From NCBI GenBank assembly GCA_040755455.1, contig JBFMAY010000023.1, positions 1,923 to 65,922 of the forward strand: 64,000 nt of DNA, written 5' to 3'. Numbering within the stretch: position 1 is the stretch's first letter; every line of letters begins with the position of its first letter. The position numbers and the translations under genes are program-made. This document shows, piece by piece, positions 27,511 to 36,333 of the stretch. The stretch is from Thermodesulfobacteriota bacterium. Its GTDB lineage: Bacteria; Desulfobacterota; Desulfobulbia; Desulfobulbales; SURF-16. The notes under the pieces were generated by a model. That model saw only the letters and a program-made list of their open reading frames with translations. It made no database searches and was not told where the DNA came from.

Positions 27511-28785
27511 ATGAAAGTTTCCTGCAATATCAAGGTAAACCATCTGAGCCGGGTGGAAGGACACGGCAATATCCGCATCAGGATCAACAATGGTCAGGTG
27601 GAAGAGGCGGGCTGGGACGTGGTGGAAACCCCCCGCTTTTTCGAGGCCATCCTGGTGGGCAAACTGTGGGAAAACGCCCCCTACCTCTGCGGCCGGATCT
27701 GCGGCATCTGCTCCATCGGCCATACCCTGGCCAGCATCCGGGCGGTTGAAAACGCCTTCGGCATTGTGCCCGACCAGCAGACCGAGCGCCTGCGGCTCCT
27801 GCTCAAACATATGGAGACCCTGCAGAGCCACATTCTGCACCTGTATTTTCTGGCCGCCCCTGATTTTCTGCAACTCGGCAGCGTGCTGCCGCTGATCGAG
27901 TCCCACCCGGAGGTGGTGCAGCGCGCCACCCGGCTGAAACTGCTGGCCAATGACGCCTGCGATATCATCGGCGGCCGCCGTCTCCATCCGACGCGGACCG
28001 TGGTGGGCGGCTTCACCATGCTGCCGGAAAAGTCCCAGCTCGCCCGGATCAAAGCAAGGCTTGAAGCTGCTCTGCCGGACCTGGTCAAAACAGCCGAGCT
28101 CTTCCAAAGCTTTACGCTGCCTGATTTTGTCAGAGAGACGGAATTCGTCTCCTTAAAAGGCAAGGACCATTATCCGTTTATCGGCGGGGACCTGGTGTCA
28201 AGCGACGGGGTGGTCAGGAATGAGGATGACTACCTGCACATGACCAATGAATATGTGGTGGATCACTCAACCTCCAAATGGAGCCGCCTTTCCCGCCAGT
28301 CTCTGGCGGCAGGGGCCCTGGCCCGGCTCAACAACAACTTCGCCCTGCTGCATCCAAAGGCCCGCGAGATCGCGGCAAGTTTCGCCCTGCAGCCGATCAA
28401 CCACAATCCCTTCATGAACAACATCGCCCAGCTGGTGGAATGCGTCCATGTGGTTATCGACAGTATTGCCATCATTGAGGAACTGCTGGCCGGCAAGTGG
28501 CAGGAGCCCCGCCAGCCGGTCAAACCCAAGGCGGGGCGGGGTGTCGGGGCAGTGGAGGTGCCCAGGGGCATTCTGTACCATGCCTATGAGTTTGACCCGG
28601 CTGGCCGCATCACCAGGGCTGACTGTATCATTCCCACCAGCCAGAATAACGCCAACATCCATTATGACATCATCGAGCTGGCCCGCCAATCGGCAGCGGC
28701 GCAAAAAACAGACCGCGAGATACAACACCTGGCCGAGATGCTGGTGCGGGCCTACGATCCTTGCATCTCCTGCTCAGTGCACTGA
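27511..28785 (+). CDS. [NiFe] hydrogenase large (alpha) subunit, group 3b
   Basis: N-terminal RICGICSIGH and C-terminal DPCISCSVH Ni-binding pairs. The ligands are Cys, not Sec. Confidence 0.92.
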   Translation: MKVSCNIKVNHLSRVEGHGNIRIRINNGQVEEAGWDVVETPRFFEAILVGKLWENAPYLCGRICGICSIGHTLASIRAVENAFGIVPDQQTERLRLLLKHMETLQSHILHLYFLAAPDFLQLGSVLPLIESHPEVVQRATRLKLLANDACDIIGGRRLHPTRTVVGGFTMLPEKSQLARIKARLEAALPDLVKTAELFQSFTLPDFVRETEFVSLKGKDHYPFIGGDLVSSDGVVRNEDDYLHMTNEYVVDHSTSKWSRLSRQSLAAGALARLNNNFALLHPKAREIAASFALQPINHNPFMNNIAQLVECVHVVIDSIAIIEELLAGKWQEPRQPVKPKAGRGVGAVEVPRGILYHAYEFDPAGRITRADCIIPTSQNNANIHYDIIELARQSAAAQKTDREIQHLAEMLVRAYDPCISCSVH

Positions 28786-29019
28786 CACGGTAAAATTCAC
28801 CTGCAGGTCATAGAGGTCGCCGTGCAGCCGCCGGATGGCCGTAAGCAGATCATCGGTCTGCAGGTCAAGGGTTATCAGCAGGGTAGCCTGCGGGGTGAGG
28901 CACAAATGCGACAGTGACGCGGCATTGGGTGCCGCCCAGTGACGCACCGCCTTTTCCACCTCCGCCCGGCTGCAGCCGGCCGATTCGTCATCTTCCTCGA
29001 TGCGCAGTGTGATTTTCAT
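28774..29019 (-). CDS. small hypothetical protein (81 aa)
   Basis: MKITLRIEEDD... follows the upstream gene by 22 nt. Its 3' end overlaps the convergent hydrogenase large-subunit stop by 12 nt. The ORF-track N-terminal extension was rejected. Confidence 0.35.
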   Translation of the reverse strand: MKITLRIEEDDESAGCSRAEVEKAVRHWAAPNAASLSHLCLTPQATLLITLDLQTDDLLTAIRRLHGDLYDLQVNFTVSVH

Positions 29020-29041
29020 GCCAGGGACAGCAGCGGGCGCG

Positions 29042-29635
29042 TCAGGCGGCGGTGAGATGCTTGGCGATAAACTCTTTATACTGCTCGACCGCCCGGCCAT
29101 ACTGGTCATTGAGTTCCACCTGGATTCTCTGCCATTCCTCGGCAAACTTCGGGTGCTGAGACGGCTGCAGCTTCATTTTCATGCCGGTCTGCTGGGCCAG
29201 ATTTTTTTCCATCAGCATCATCTGCTGGGCAAACTGCTCTTCAAGCTGCTTTTTCAGCTGCTCCTTGTGCGACAGATAGCGGTCGAGGATCGATTTCATT
29301 TCCGTGAACACCTGGGCAAGGTCACCCTTGTCCCGCCCGATTTCCATGAGGGCCTGCATGGCTTTTGCCGCCGCAGGGGCCTCATCCGCCTTCCTGGGCA
29401 GCACAATATTACGGAGCAGGGCGGTCACCATGCCCTTTTTCACATGGGGCTGCGCTTCAGCGGGACATTTTACCAGGGCAGCGGCCAGCGCAACCTGCTC
29501 ACCCCGCAGATAGCCCGCGGCAAGACGCATGCCTTCCTTTTCTTTTTCCTGCTGCATCACATCATTGGAGGCCCTGGCCTCCATGCGGGCGGCCCGCTCC
29601 AGAACCATTTCAAGCGTGCTTCGTATTTCTGCCAT
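29042..29635 (-). CDS. hypothetical helical protein (197 aa)
   Basis: Clean ORF with host-like composition. No recognisable motif. Confidence 0.55.
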   Translation of the reverse strand: MAEIRSTLEMVLERAARMEARASNDVMQQEKEKEGMRLAAGYLRGEQVALAAALVKCPAEAQPHVKKGMVTALLRNIVLPRKADEAPAAAKAMQALMEIGRDKGDLAQVFTEMKSILDRYLSHKEQLKKQLEEQFAQQMMLMEKNLAQQTGMKMKLQPSQHPKFAEEWQRIQVELNDQYGRAVEQYKEFIAKHLTAA

Positions 29636-29865
29636 TTTCTTATCCGTTGTACTGGGAATTTTTTTTGCCGCAAAATCCGCGGGACAAGGGGGGGAAATCA
29701 GTGCCCCGGGTTATCAGAACTGCATACCGCCACAAGAAAAAACGCAAGTGGCTAATCACTGATAATGTAACCTCTGCAACCGGTCTTGGCGATAAAAATT
29801 ATGAGAGAGGAAACGTTGAGGGCGCAAGGAAGGCTCATGGCAAACGCGCTAGAGACTTTAGCGGA

Positions 29866-29894
29866 TTGACAAATAAGACTACCTCGCGTAGTAT
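29866..29894 (+). promoter_or_regulatory. sigma70-type promoter candidate for the zinc-ribbon/ATP-grasp operon
   Basis: TTGACA, 17-nt spacer, TAGTAT. AGGAGG lies 9 nt before the GTG at 29926. Confidence 0.45.
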
Positions 29895-29925
29895 GAAATC
29901 CTTTTTTAAAAGGAGGCAATGACAA

Positions 29926-30195
29926 GTGGATACTCCTGCAGAGACTAAATCACGGACGAATCTGACACCCAAGACGGGCATGCGGCTTACCTGCCCAACC
30001 TGCGGCAATGACAGAGATTTTGTTGAAGTTGCCGATGGGGTTATTCTGACCACCCATTATGTGCAGAACGACGACTGCAGCTTTTCCCAGGATGGTGACG
30101 AATCCCAGATCTTAGGGGAGATCCGCTTTTTTTGCGGAGAATGCAATGCCGATCTCACCCGCTTTCATCAGCGTTTTGTGGAAATGCTCTTTTAA
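29926..30195 (+). CDS. small zinc-ribbon protein (89 aa)
   Basis: CPTCG ... CGECN form a four-Cys ribbon. GTG start has a strong RBS. Its stop overlaps the next start (TAATG). Confidence 0.55.
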   Translation: MDTPAETKSRTNLTPKTGMRLTCPTCGNDRDFVEVADGVILTTHYVQNDDCSFSQDGDESQILGEIRFFCGECNADLTRFHQRFVEMLF

Positions 30196-30962
30196 TGCAT
30201 ACTGCCACGACGCCCCGTATCATTACCACAAACCAGATCCTGCGCCAGGAATATCACACCCTGCAGAGCGGTGATATTTTTATCGGCCGGCTGCGCCTCA
30301 AGGCCACCGAGGAGCAGCTGCTTCTCGATCTGGTTGAGCGGGGCATTGTTTTATTTCCCTCGGCGCTGAGCCAGCACCTGTGCCGCTCAAAAACCTTCCA
30401 GGCCCATCTTTTTGCCGGACAGATGCTCCCCCTTACCGTGCCGGTCCATGACCAGCATGACATGCTGGAGACCGTCAACCTGTACCAAAAAAACGGCATC
30501 ACCAGGGTGGTGACCAAGCTTGACCGAAAAAATGCCGGCATGGGCATTCACCTGTGGCGCGATGTGGAGGATGTGTTCACCCACGCCACCCTGGGATCAC
30601 TGCCCTTTCCTTTTGTTGTCCAGCCATTCGCCGACAACAGCCGGGATATCCGCGTCGTTATCCTTGGTGAGTATATCGAGTCGTACACGCGCCACAACCC
30701 GCACAACTTCCGCAACAATCTGCACTGCGGGGGACAGAGCACACCTTGTGAATTAACCGGAGAGCAGCTCAATCTCTGCCGGCAGGCCATGGACAGGGGT
30801 AAGTTTCCCTACGCCCATATTGATCTGATGATGGTGGAAAGCGGGGAAACTTTTCTTGCCGAGATAAATTTACGTGGCGGGATCAAGGGAGCGAAAATCA
30901 GCCCAGCTGAGTACAACGGCAGGGTGGAGGCGATCCACCGGAATTTTCTCCGCACCCGGTGA
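30195..30962 (+). CDS. RimK/LysX-family ATP-grasp ligase
   Basis: [38 protein letters not shown] aligns with RimK [40 protein letters not shown] resembles MEVNASPG. Confidence 0.8.
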   Translation: [255 protein letters not shown]

Positions 30963-30970
30963 TTTTGGCA

Positions 30971-31008
30971 TAAAAAAAGGAGGCAGCGGAAAAATCCACA
31001 ACCTCCTT
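30971..31008 (-). terminator. candidate rho-independent terminator after dsrC
   Basis: Minus-strand RNA reads AAGGAGG, 18-nt loop, CCUCCUU, then UUUUUUA. A weaker AT-rich hairpin lies at 31016-31037. Confidence 0.4.
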
Positions 31009-31045
31009 GCCGGGTTAAACAGTTGAATGACTGTTTACAGCCGCA

Positions 31046-31366
31046 TCATACACAACCGGTCGGTTTCGGCAGACCAGCCATTTTACAGGCTCCTTTACCA
31101 GGTCCTGACGGGAACAACTCGTAAATTCTTTTCAGCGGGAAACCAGTGGTTTTGGAAAGAATACGAACCATCGGGGCGATACCGTTTTTCTTGTAGTAAT
31201 CCTGCAGAGCGTTGATAACTTTCCAGTGCTCATCGGTCAGATCGGTGATGCCTTCCAGGGCTTTTACATACTCAACCCAACCCTGATTCCACTCTTCCAT
31301 ACCTTTTGTGAGGAAGCCGTCCTCATCAACATCGTAAGAATTTCCTGCATGTTCAATAGTTGCCAT
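31046..31366 (-). CDS. dsrC: DsrC (TusE/DsrC family sulfur relay protein)
   Basis: C-terminal arm CKMAGLPKPTGCV carries both conserved cysteines. 106 aa. RBS AAGGAGG. Confidence 0.92.
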   Translation of the reverse strand: MATIEHAGNSYDVDEDGFLTKGMEEWNQGWVEYVKALEGITDLTDEHWKVINALQDYYKKNGIAPMVRILSKTTGFPLKRIYELFPSGPGKGACKMAGLPKPTGCV

Positions 31367-31452
31367 GTGATTCCTCCTTTGCGAGTTTAATTCAAATTGC
31401 TAATGAAAATTGCTCTTAGCAAGATTAACTTACCTTCTCTAATAAATAATCC

Positions 31453-31481
31453 TAAATAATCGATGCTTTTGCATTTGTCAA
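31453..31481 (-). promoter_or_regulatory. sigma70-type promoter candidate for dsrC
   Basis: On the minus strand: TTGACA (31481-31476), 17-nt spacer, TATTTA (31458-31453), in a strongly AT-rich intergenic region. The leader is about 80 nt. Confidence 0.45.
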
Positions 31482-31614
31482 GAATGCAATGGCGTTTTTT
31501 TCATTTTATGTATGACTGTTCATTCATTAATTGACAATACTATTAAAATCAGCAAGTTAGATCGCCAAAAATAACCACAAAATAGTAGCGTTTTAACCGG
31601 CAAATACCGTAATT

Positions 31615-32961
31615 TTACCTAATTTTATGATAGTAGTCCTGCAACTCCCTAACAAGGAATCGCCTTATTCTGCTCAAATTTCTAGCATGCACGCCGCCGA
31701 GATCCATCAACCCGGCATGGGACAGCAAGGAGCCTACCTTGCCCTCAACTTTGCTCCATAGATTTTTCTTGTAGCTGCTGTCAAGATTGACGAGCCCGGC
31801 CTTGCCGCCCTGGCATTTCCGCACCAGTCGCGGGAAACTCCACCGGGTCAACCACAGCCAGGAAAGAAAGCAGACAATGGCCACGCCGGTCAAAGGCAAC
31901 AACAGCTGCTGCAGGCTGACAGAACCCTGCAGCACAGCGCTGATCAGCGGCTCGTCCGGCACGCCGGTAAGCGCCTTGAGGATCGGCCCGGTCAGAAAAA
32001 AGGCTGCCAGAGCAGCGGCCAGGGTAAACTTGCCGACAGTGGCGAGAATTGCTCTGCCCTGGCTACTGAAGGTGCACATCGCCTCGCAGACCAGGAGCAG
32101 CTCATTGACCTGCCGGTCGATGTCCTGCAGGATATGGTTGACCCTGAATCCCGGCGCAGAAAAGATCTTCTTTTTCAGCTGCTCCCGCTCCTCCCGCCAC
32201 ACCGAGAGGATTTCCGTAGGTTCCGCCTCGCCGGGGGCATAGGTGACGTAAATGGTCGGGATATCCTTGCGGCCCGTCATCTGGGAAAGATTCCAGCACA
32301 GCGTTCCGTAAGACCTGACCAGATCGCTCAGGTTATCGCACTCATCGATGCGGCTCATGACGAAAACGATCCTGTCCTCGCCGGCGGTATCGGGCAGGGT
32401 GCTGCGGATGGCGCTGTACGTCTCGCTGATGGTGCCGGCCTTATGGGGGTCAAACATGAGCACAACGAGGTCGGCCAGTTTGGCGAACTCCCCTAGCACG
32501 GCCAGGTAATCATAGCCGCGATCCTTTTCCGTCACCGCGTCCAGCATGCCAGGGCTGTCAATCAGGGCCATATTCTCCAGAAAAGGGACATCAACCTTTT
32601 TCAGGCGGAAATGGGCGATAAACTGCTCGCCGAATGACTTGAACCGGCCGAAAGGCAATGTTTCATCGTTTACCAGGGTGGAGCCGGGCACCTCCATTTC
32701 GCCATCGGTCCTGCCGTGGGAGGTGAGAATGGTGAAGGAATCATCAGTGGGCGCCTGGCCGGTGCGCTGGATGTTCTGGCCGATGATCTCGTTGATCAGG
32801 GTGGACTTGCCGGAGGAATAATTGCCGATGACGAGGACGATCGGCTTCCACTTCAGCACCGACTCCAGATCGGAGTAATCGAGCCGGTAACGGTTAAAGA
32901 GCGGCAACAAGGTATTGCGAACGTGGTGCTGCAGTTCTGCCTGTAATTTTTTTTCGTCCAT
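31615..32961 (-). CDS. dynamin-superfamily GTPase/ATPase, EHD-like G domain, C-terminal membrane hairpin
   Basis: P-loop GNYSSGKSTLIN, then PTDDSF, IDSPGML, RGYDY, MFDPHK and SRID. The order and spacing resemble the EHD G domain as I recall it. Hydrophobic segments lie near residues 310-375. Confidence 0.7.
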   Translation of the reverse strand: MDEKKLQAELQHHVRNTLLPLFNRYRLDYSDLESVLKWKPIVLVIGNYSSGKSTLINEIIGQNIQRTGQAPTDDSFTILTSHGRTDGEMEVPGSTLVNDETLPFGRFKSFGEQFIAHFRLKKVDVPFLENMALIDSPGMLDAVTEKDRGYDYLAVLGEFAKLADLVVLMFDPHKAGTISETYSAIRSTLPDTAGEDRIVFVMSRIDECDNLSDLVRSYGTLCWNLSQMTGRKDIPTIYVTYAPGEAEPTEILSVWREEREQLKKKIFSAPGFRVNHILQDIDRQVNELLLVCEAMCTFSSQGRAILATVGKFTLAAALAAFFLTGPILKALTGVPDEPLISAVLQGSVSLQQLLLPLTGVAIVCFLSWLWLTRWSFPRLVRKCQGGKAGLVNLDSSYKKNLWSKVEGKVGSLLSHAGLMDLGGVHARNLSRIRRFLVRELQDYYHKIR

Positions 32962-33096
32962 GGCGTCAGGGAGGTGTTGATGTTGATTTGCTGGGTGAGC
33001 CGGGGCCGTTTTGTCTCACTGTACCATTAACAGATAGCGGCTGAAATTACATTGAAAATGTATTGAAAATATACGGGAGAATGCCCAGCCGCCAAA

Positions 33097-33735
33097 TTAT
33101 TGCCCGACAATGACCTGATCGGAAAGCTCATTGACGTCATCCGCTTTGACAGGAAAATGCCGGGCCAGAATTCCGCCCACATCCCCGATGGCCTTACACA
33201 GAGCGTCTACGGCCGTCCCGCCCTTTATGCCTGCGGCAATATCGCGGGCGTAGGACTGCAGGGTCTCCTGCCGGATCTTGGCATAGATTCCCTTGTCAGC
33301 CAGCACCCACACCTTGCGCTCAAAAAGGGAAATAAAAAAAAGCACGCCGCTCTCCTCCCGGGTTTTATACAACCCCTTTTCATAAAAGGCGGCAAGGGCC
33401 CGATCCCGCACCTGCAGTTCAAGCCGGTCATTGGAGATAAAGAATCGTTTGACCGCCGGCAGATAGTGGGCAAGCCAGCCGCAGAGGGCCGTCAGCACAA
33501 GGGCCGACACCACGAACACCCACAGGACGCCCCCCCAGAACAGCTCTGTTGCGGCAAGGGCCAACAGGCTGCCGATGACACCGCCGGCCAGCATCTGGCC
33601 CTCGGGATAGGCGTCGCTCTGCGCGACCACCATCACCGCAACCTCGCCGGCCGTTCTGCGCTCCACAGCGCCAACAGCGCCAGCGATTCTCTTTTTGTCA
33701 GCTTCGCTAAAAAATGTTTCCGCCTTCATGATCAC
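33097..33735 (-). CDS. TPM-domain membrane protein
   Basis: FSEADKKRIAGAVGAVERRTAGEVAVMVV, then 2 TM segments, then VLFFISLFERKVWVLAD. Its start overlaps the upstream stop (ATGA). Confidence 0.7.
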   Translation of the reverse strand: MIMKAETFFSEADKKRIAGAVGAVERRTAGEVAVMVVAQSDAYPEGQMLAGGVIGSLLALAATELFWGGVLWVFVVSALVLTALCGWLAHYLPAVKRFFISNDRLELQVRDRALAAFYEKGLYKTREESGVLFFISLFERKVWVLADKGIYAKIRQETLQSYARDIAAGIKGGTAVDALCKAIGDVGGILARHFPVKADDVNELSDQVIVGQ

Positions 33736-34625
33736 CAGTTCCCTGAAGCGCCTCCGCCGCCGAAACCTCCGCCGCCAAAGCCCCCGAACCCGCCTCCTCC
33801 GAAACCTCCGCCGTGTCCGCCTCCATAATAGCCCACGCCGCCACCCCGCAGCATGCCGGCCAGCAGAAACGGCAGCAGCCAGCCGCCAAAGGCGCCGGCC
33901 GGGATGAGCAGAAGCAGCAGCAGAAAGCTGAAGGGCAGAAGGCCGAAGAGAAAGGCCAGCGGAAAAAGCACGGCGCCGCCAATCACCCCGAGCGGACGCC
34001 AGATTCTGCCAAGAAAGGCCACCAGGAACAGGCCGAAAAAAAGAAACTGGAAAAGCAGCGGGGGCGGCTCATCGCCCTGCCGCACCCTTGCCCCCCGGCG
34101 GTCCGCCTTGAATTCACCCCGCACGGCCTGGATAATCGCGGCAACCCCCGCCTCCATGCCCTGATCAAATCTGCCGGCCTTGAAATTGGGACTGATGACC
34201 CCGTCTATAATCCGGCCGCTCAACAGATCGGTCAGCACAGGCTCCAGCCCCCTGCCCACCTCAATTCTGATCTTTCTGTCGTCTTTGGCGACCAGGAGCA
34301 GCACGCCATTGTCCCGGCCCTTCTGGCCGATCTTCCACTGCTCCACCGTCCTGATGCTGAAATCCTCAAGGGAATCTCCCGCAAGCGAGGCAATGGTCAA
34401 TATCGCCACCTGGGTGGAATCAGTCAGCTCAAACGACTGCAGTGCCCGCTCAAGCCTCACTTCCTCCTGGGCTGAGATCATATCGGCATAGTCATTGACA
34501 TAGCCCTTATACGGGGGAACATCCAGGGCCAGGGCCAGACAGCCCGGGCCGAGGATACAGGCCACGACAAGCAGCAGACCGGCGCCCCGGCGGCATCGGC
34601 GAAGGTATTGCGCGACAGATCTCAA
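33732..34625 (-). CDS. TPM-domain protein (YgcG-like) with Gly-rich C-terminal tail
   Basis: Signal peptide, VNDYADMIS...QVAILTI...GVLLLVAKDDRKIRIEVG, TM segments, and a GGGFGGGGFGGFGGGG tail. Confidence 0.75.
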   Translation of the reverse strand: MRSVAQYLRRCRRGAGLLLVVACILGPGCLALALDVPPYKGYVNDYADMISAQEEVRLERALQSFELTDSTQVAILTIASLAGDSLEDFSIRTVEQWKIGQKGRDNGVLLLVAKDDRKIRIEVGRGLEPVLTDLLSGRIIDGVISPNFKAGRFDQGMEAGVAAIIQAVRGEFKADRRGARVRQGDEPPPLLFQFLFFGLFLVAFLGRIWRPLGVIGGAVLFPLAFLFGLLPFSFLLLLLLIPAGAFGGWLLPFLLAGMLRGGGVGYYGGGHGGGFGGGGFGGFGGGGFGGGGASGNW

Positions 34626-34653
34626 TGGTATTTCCCCGGCATTGCCACCAGCC

Positions 34654-35241
34654 TTAGAATTTCACCTTGGGCGCGGTCTCGGTCCCGGCCTCGGCCTTGA
34701 ATGCTTCGCGCCGCGGCAGTTTCAGCAGGAAATTATTGGTCAGACTATTGGGGAAGGTGCGGATCGAGGTATTAAATATCCGTACTGCTTCGTTATAGCG
34801 GACGCGGGCCACGTTGATTCTGTTTTCCGTGCCTTCAAGCTGGTGCTGCAGGTCCCTGAAATTCTGGTTAGCCTTGAGATCAGGATACTGCTCCACCACC
34901 ACCATCAGCCGGGACAGGGCTGAACTTAATCCCCCCTGGGCGTCCTGGAACCGGCCCAGGGCGTCGGGACTGTTGATGACATCGCTGCCGAGCTTTAACT
35001 GGCCCACCTTGGCCCGGGCCTCGGTGACGGCGGTAAGCGTCTCCTGTTCATGGGCGGCATAGCCTTTCACCACCTCCACCAGATTGGGGATCAGATCGGC
35101 GCGGCGCTGATACGCGGCCTCGACATCGCCCCAGGCGGCAATGACTGTTTCGTCATTTTGCTGAATCGTATTATAACCGCAGCCGCTGAGGCCGAAACAC
35201 AACAGCAGGAGGACAGGGAAAAACAAAGCAATTCGTTTCAT
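34654..35241 (-). CDS. lemA: LemA family protein
   Basis: Lipoprotein-like N-terminus. [21 protein letters not shown] and RYNEAV..FN motifs. Start set at MKRIALFF. Confidence 0.88.
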   Translation of the reverse strand: MKRIALFFPVLLLLCFGLSGCGYNTIQQNDETVIAAWGDVEAAYQRRADLIPNLVEVVKGYAAHEQETLTAVTEARAKVGQLKLGSDVINSPDALGRFQDAQGGLSSALSRLMVVVEQYPDLKANQNFRDLQHQLEGTENRINVARVRYNEAVRIFNTSIRTFPNSLTNNFLLKLPRREAFKAEAGTETAPKVKF

Positions 35242-35346
35242 AACGGCAACTCTCCAGAAATATTTATTGTTACAGCATTTTTGCTCATAACTTAATGCAG
35301 AAAAAGAGCTTGTCAATTGCCTGGCCGACAGAATATGTCCTTTCTC

Positions 35347-36210
35347 CTACCGAGCAACCAACACCGCCCGGTATTTCCTGATAAAATCAACCGGCTTATA
35401 GCTGAGCTTGGCATGGCGCAGGCCCTCGTCGCCCAGGTCCTGCTCCCGGTTGATGGTATCATATTTTTCCGGCAGAATCGAGGCGAAGGCCTGATTGACA
35501 AACTGCCACAGCCCCTTATACTCACCAACGGCCTTTTCAAAATGAATGGCAAAGCTTCTGCCCAGCATCAACTCCTCGCCCAGGGAATAGGCCACGGGCC
35601 TGCCGCCCACATAATAGACCCCGCCGCACAGCTGCAGTTCCTCCGCCTTTTCCAGGGCCTCTTTTGCCGCGTCGTAATCACCCGGGTCATCCCGCCCCTG
35701 CCGCCAGGCGTCCAGAACACCCAGTGCATCCGGCATGTACTCTTCCAGCAGCGGCCTGCCCTCATAAGCATAATTGCTGACAAAGGCCTTAATCAGGTTG
35801 CGCTTTTTATGAAATTTCCCGCCGCTCAGCTCGGCCAGGTCCGTGCGCAGGTAAAGATAATCAAAGTTGTCCCGGTCTTCAAAGACCCGGCATCCCCGCT
35901 GCGCCAGCACCTCGACCTGGGACGCGGCAACGCACTTCATCGTCCCGAAGTCGTTAAACAGCTGTTGCAGCAGCTTGTCATCCGGCAGACCGAAGGGCAG
36001 CATGAAAAAAGGCTGTCCCGCATCAGCGCCGGCAATAAGCAACAGCTCTTCGGTGAGCCGGGACACCCGGTAATGATGGCTTTTTCTGAAAAGATACAAA
36101 TTGGCAAAGGTGAATTCGGAAATGCCGTCCGGCAGCTGCTGAAACAGCGGATGCATGGTCGCCCGCTGCAGCAGGTCAAGTTCCGCAAAAAGGGGATAAG
36201 CTGGTATCAT
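35347..36210 (-). CDS. DUF2156-like protein (MprF C-terminal/aminoacyl-lipid synthase-like fold)
   Basis: The sequence pattern ...FTFANLYLFR...FHKKRNLIKAF...LEEY... resembles the DUF2156 family as I recall it. Start set at MIPAYP. Confidence 0.55.
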   Translation of the reverse strand: MIPAYPLFAELDLLQRATMHPLFQQLPDGISEFTFANLYLFRKSHHYRVSRLTEELLLIAGADAGQPFFMLPFGLPDDKLLQQLFNDFGTMKCVAASQVEVLAQRGCRVFEDRDNFDYLYLRTDLAELSGGKFHKKRNLIKAFVSNYAYEGRPLLEEYMPDALGVLDAWRQGRDDPGDYDAAKEALEKAEELQLCGGVYYVGGRPVAYSLGEELMLGRSFAIHFEKAVGEYKGLWQFVNQAFASILPEKYDTINREQDLGDEGLRHAKLSYKPVDFIRKYRAVLVAR

Positions 36211-36333
36211 AAAAATGGCCTTTGCTCGCTTTGCTGGAGAATAGCAGACTGTTGTAAAAATAAAAGCACCATTGCCCGGCACTGTCAAATCTAATCTCTT
36301 TTGTGGTATAGTGCCAAAAAAAGGGGAAATGAA

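Noticed and set aside
27511-28785. NiFeSe (selenocysteine) hydrogenase.
   Set aside because: The C-terminal motif is DPCISCSVH with ordinary Cys codons, and there is no in-frame TGA.
28774-29145. 123-aa version of the small ORF convergent with the hydrogenase large subunit.
   Set aside because: The first 42 codons overlap the end of the upstream gene region and are Ser/Pro-rich. Only the 81-aa MKITLRIEEDD form is plausible, and even that has low confidence.
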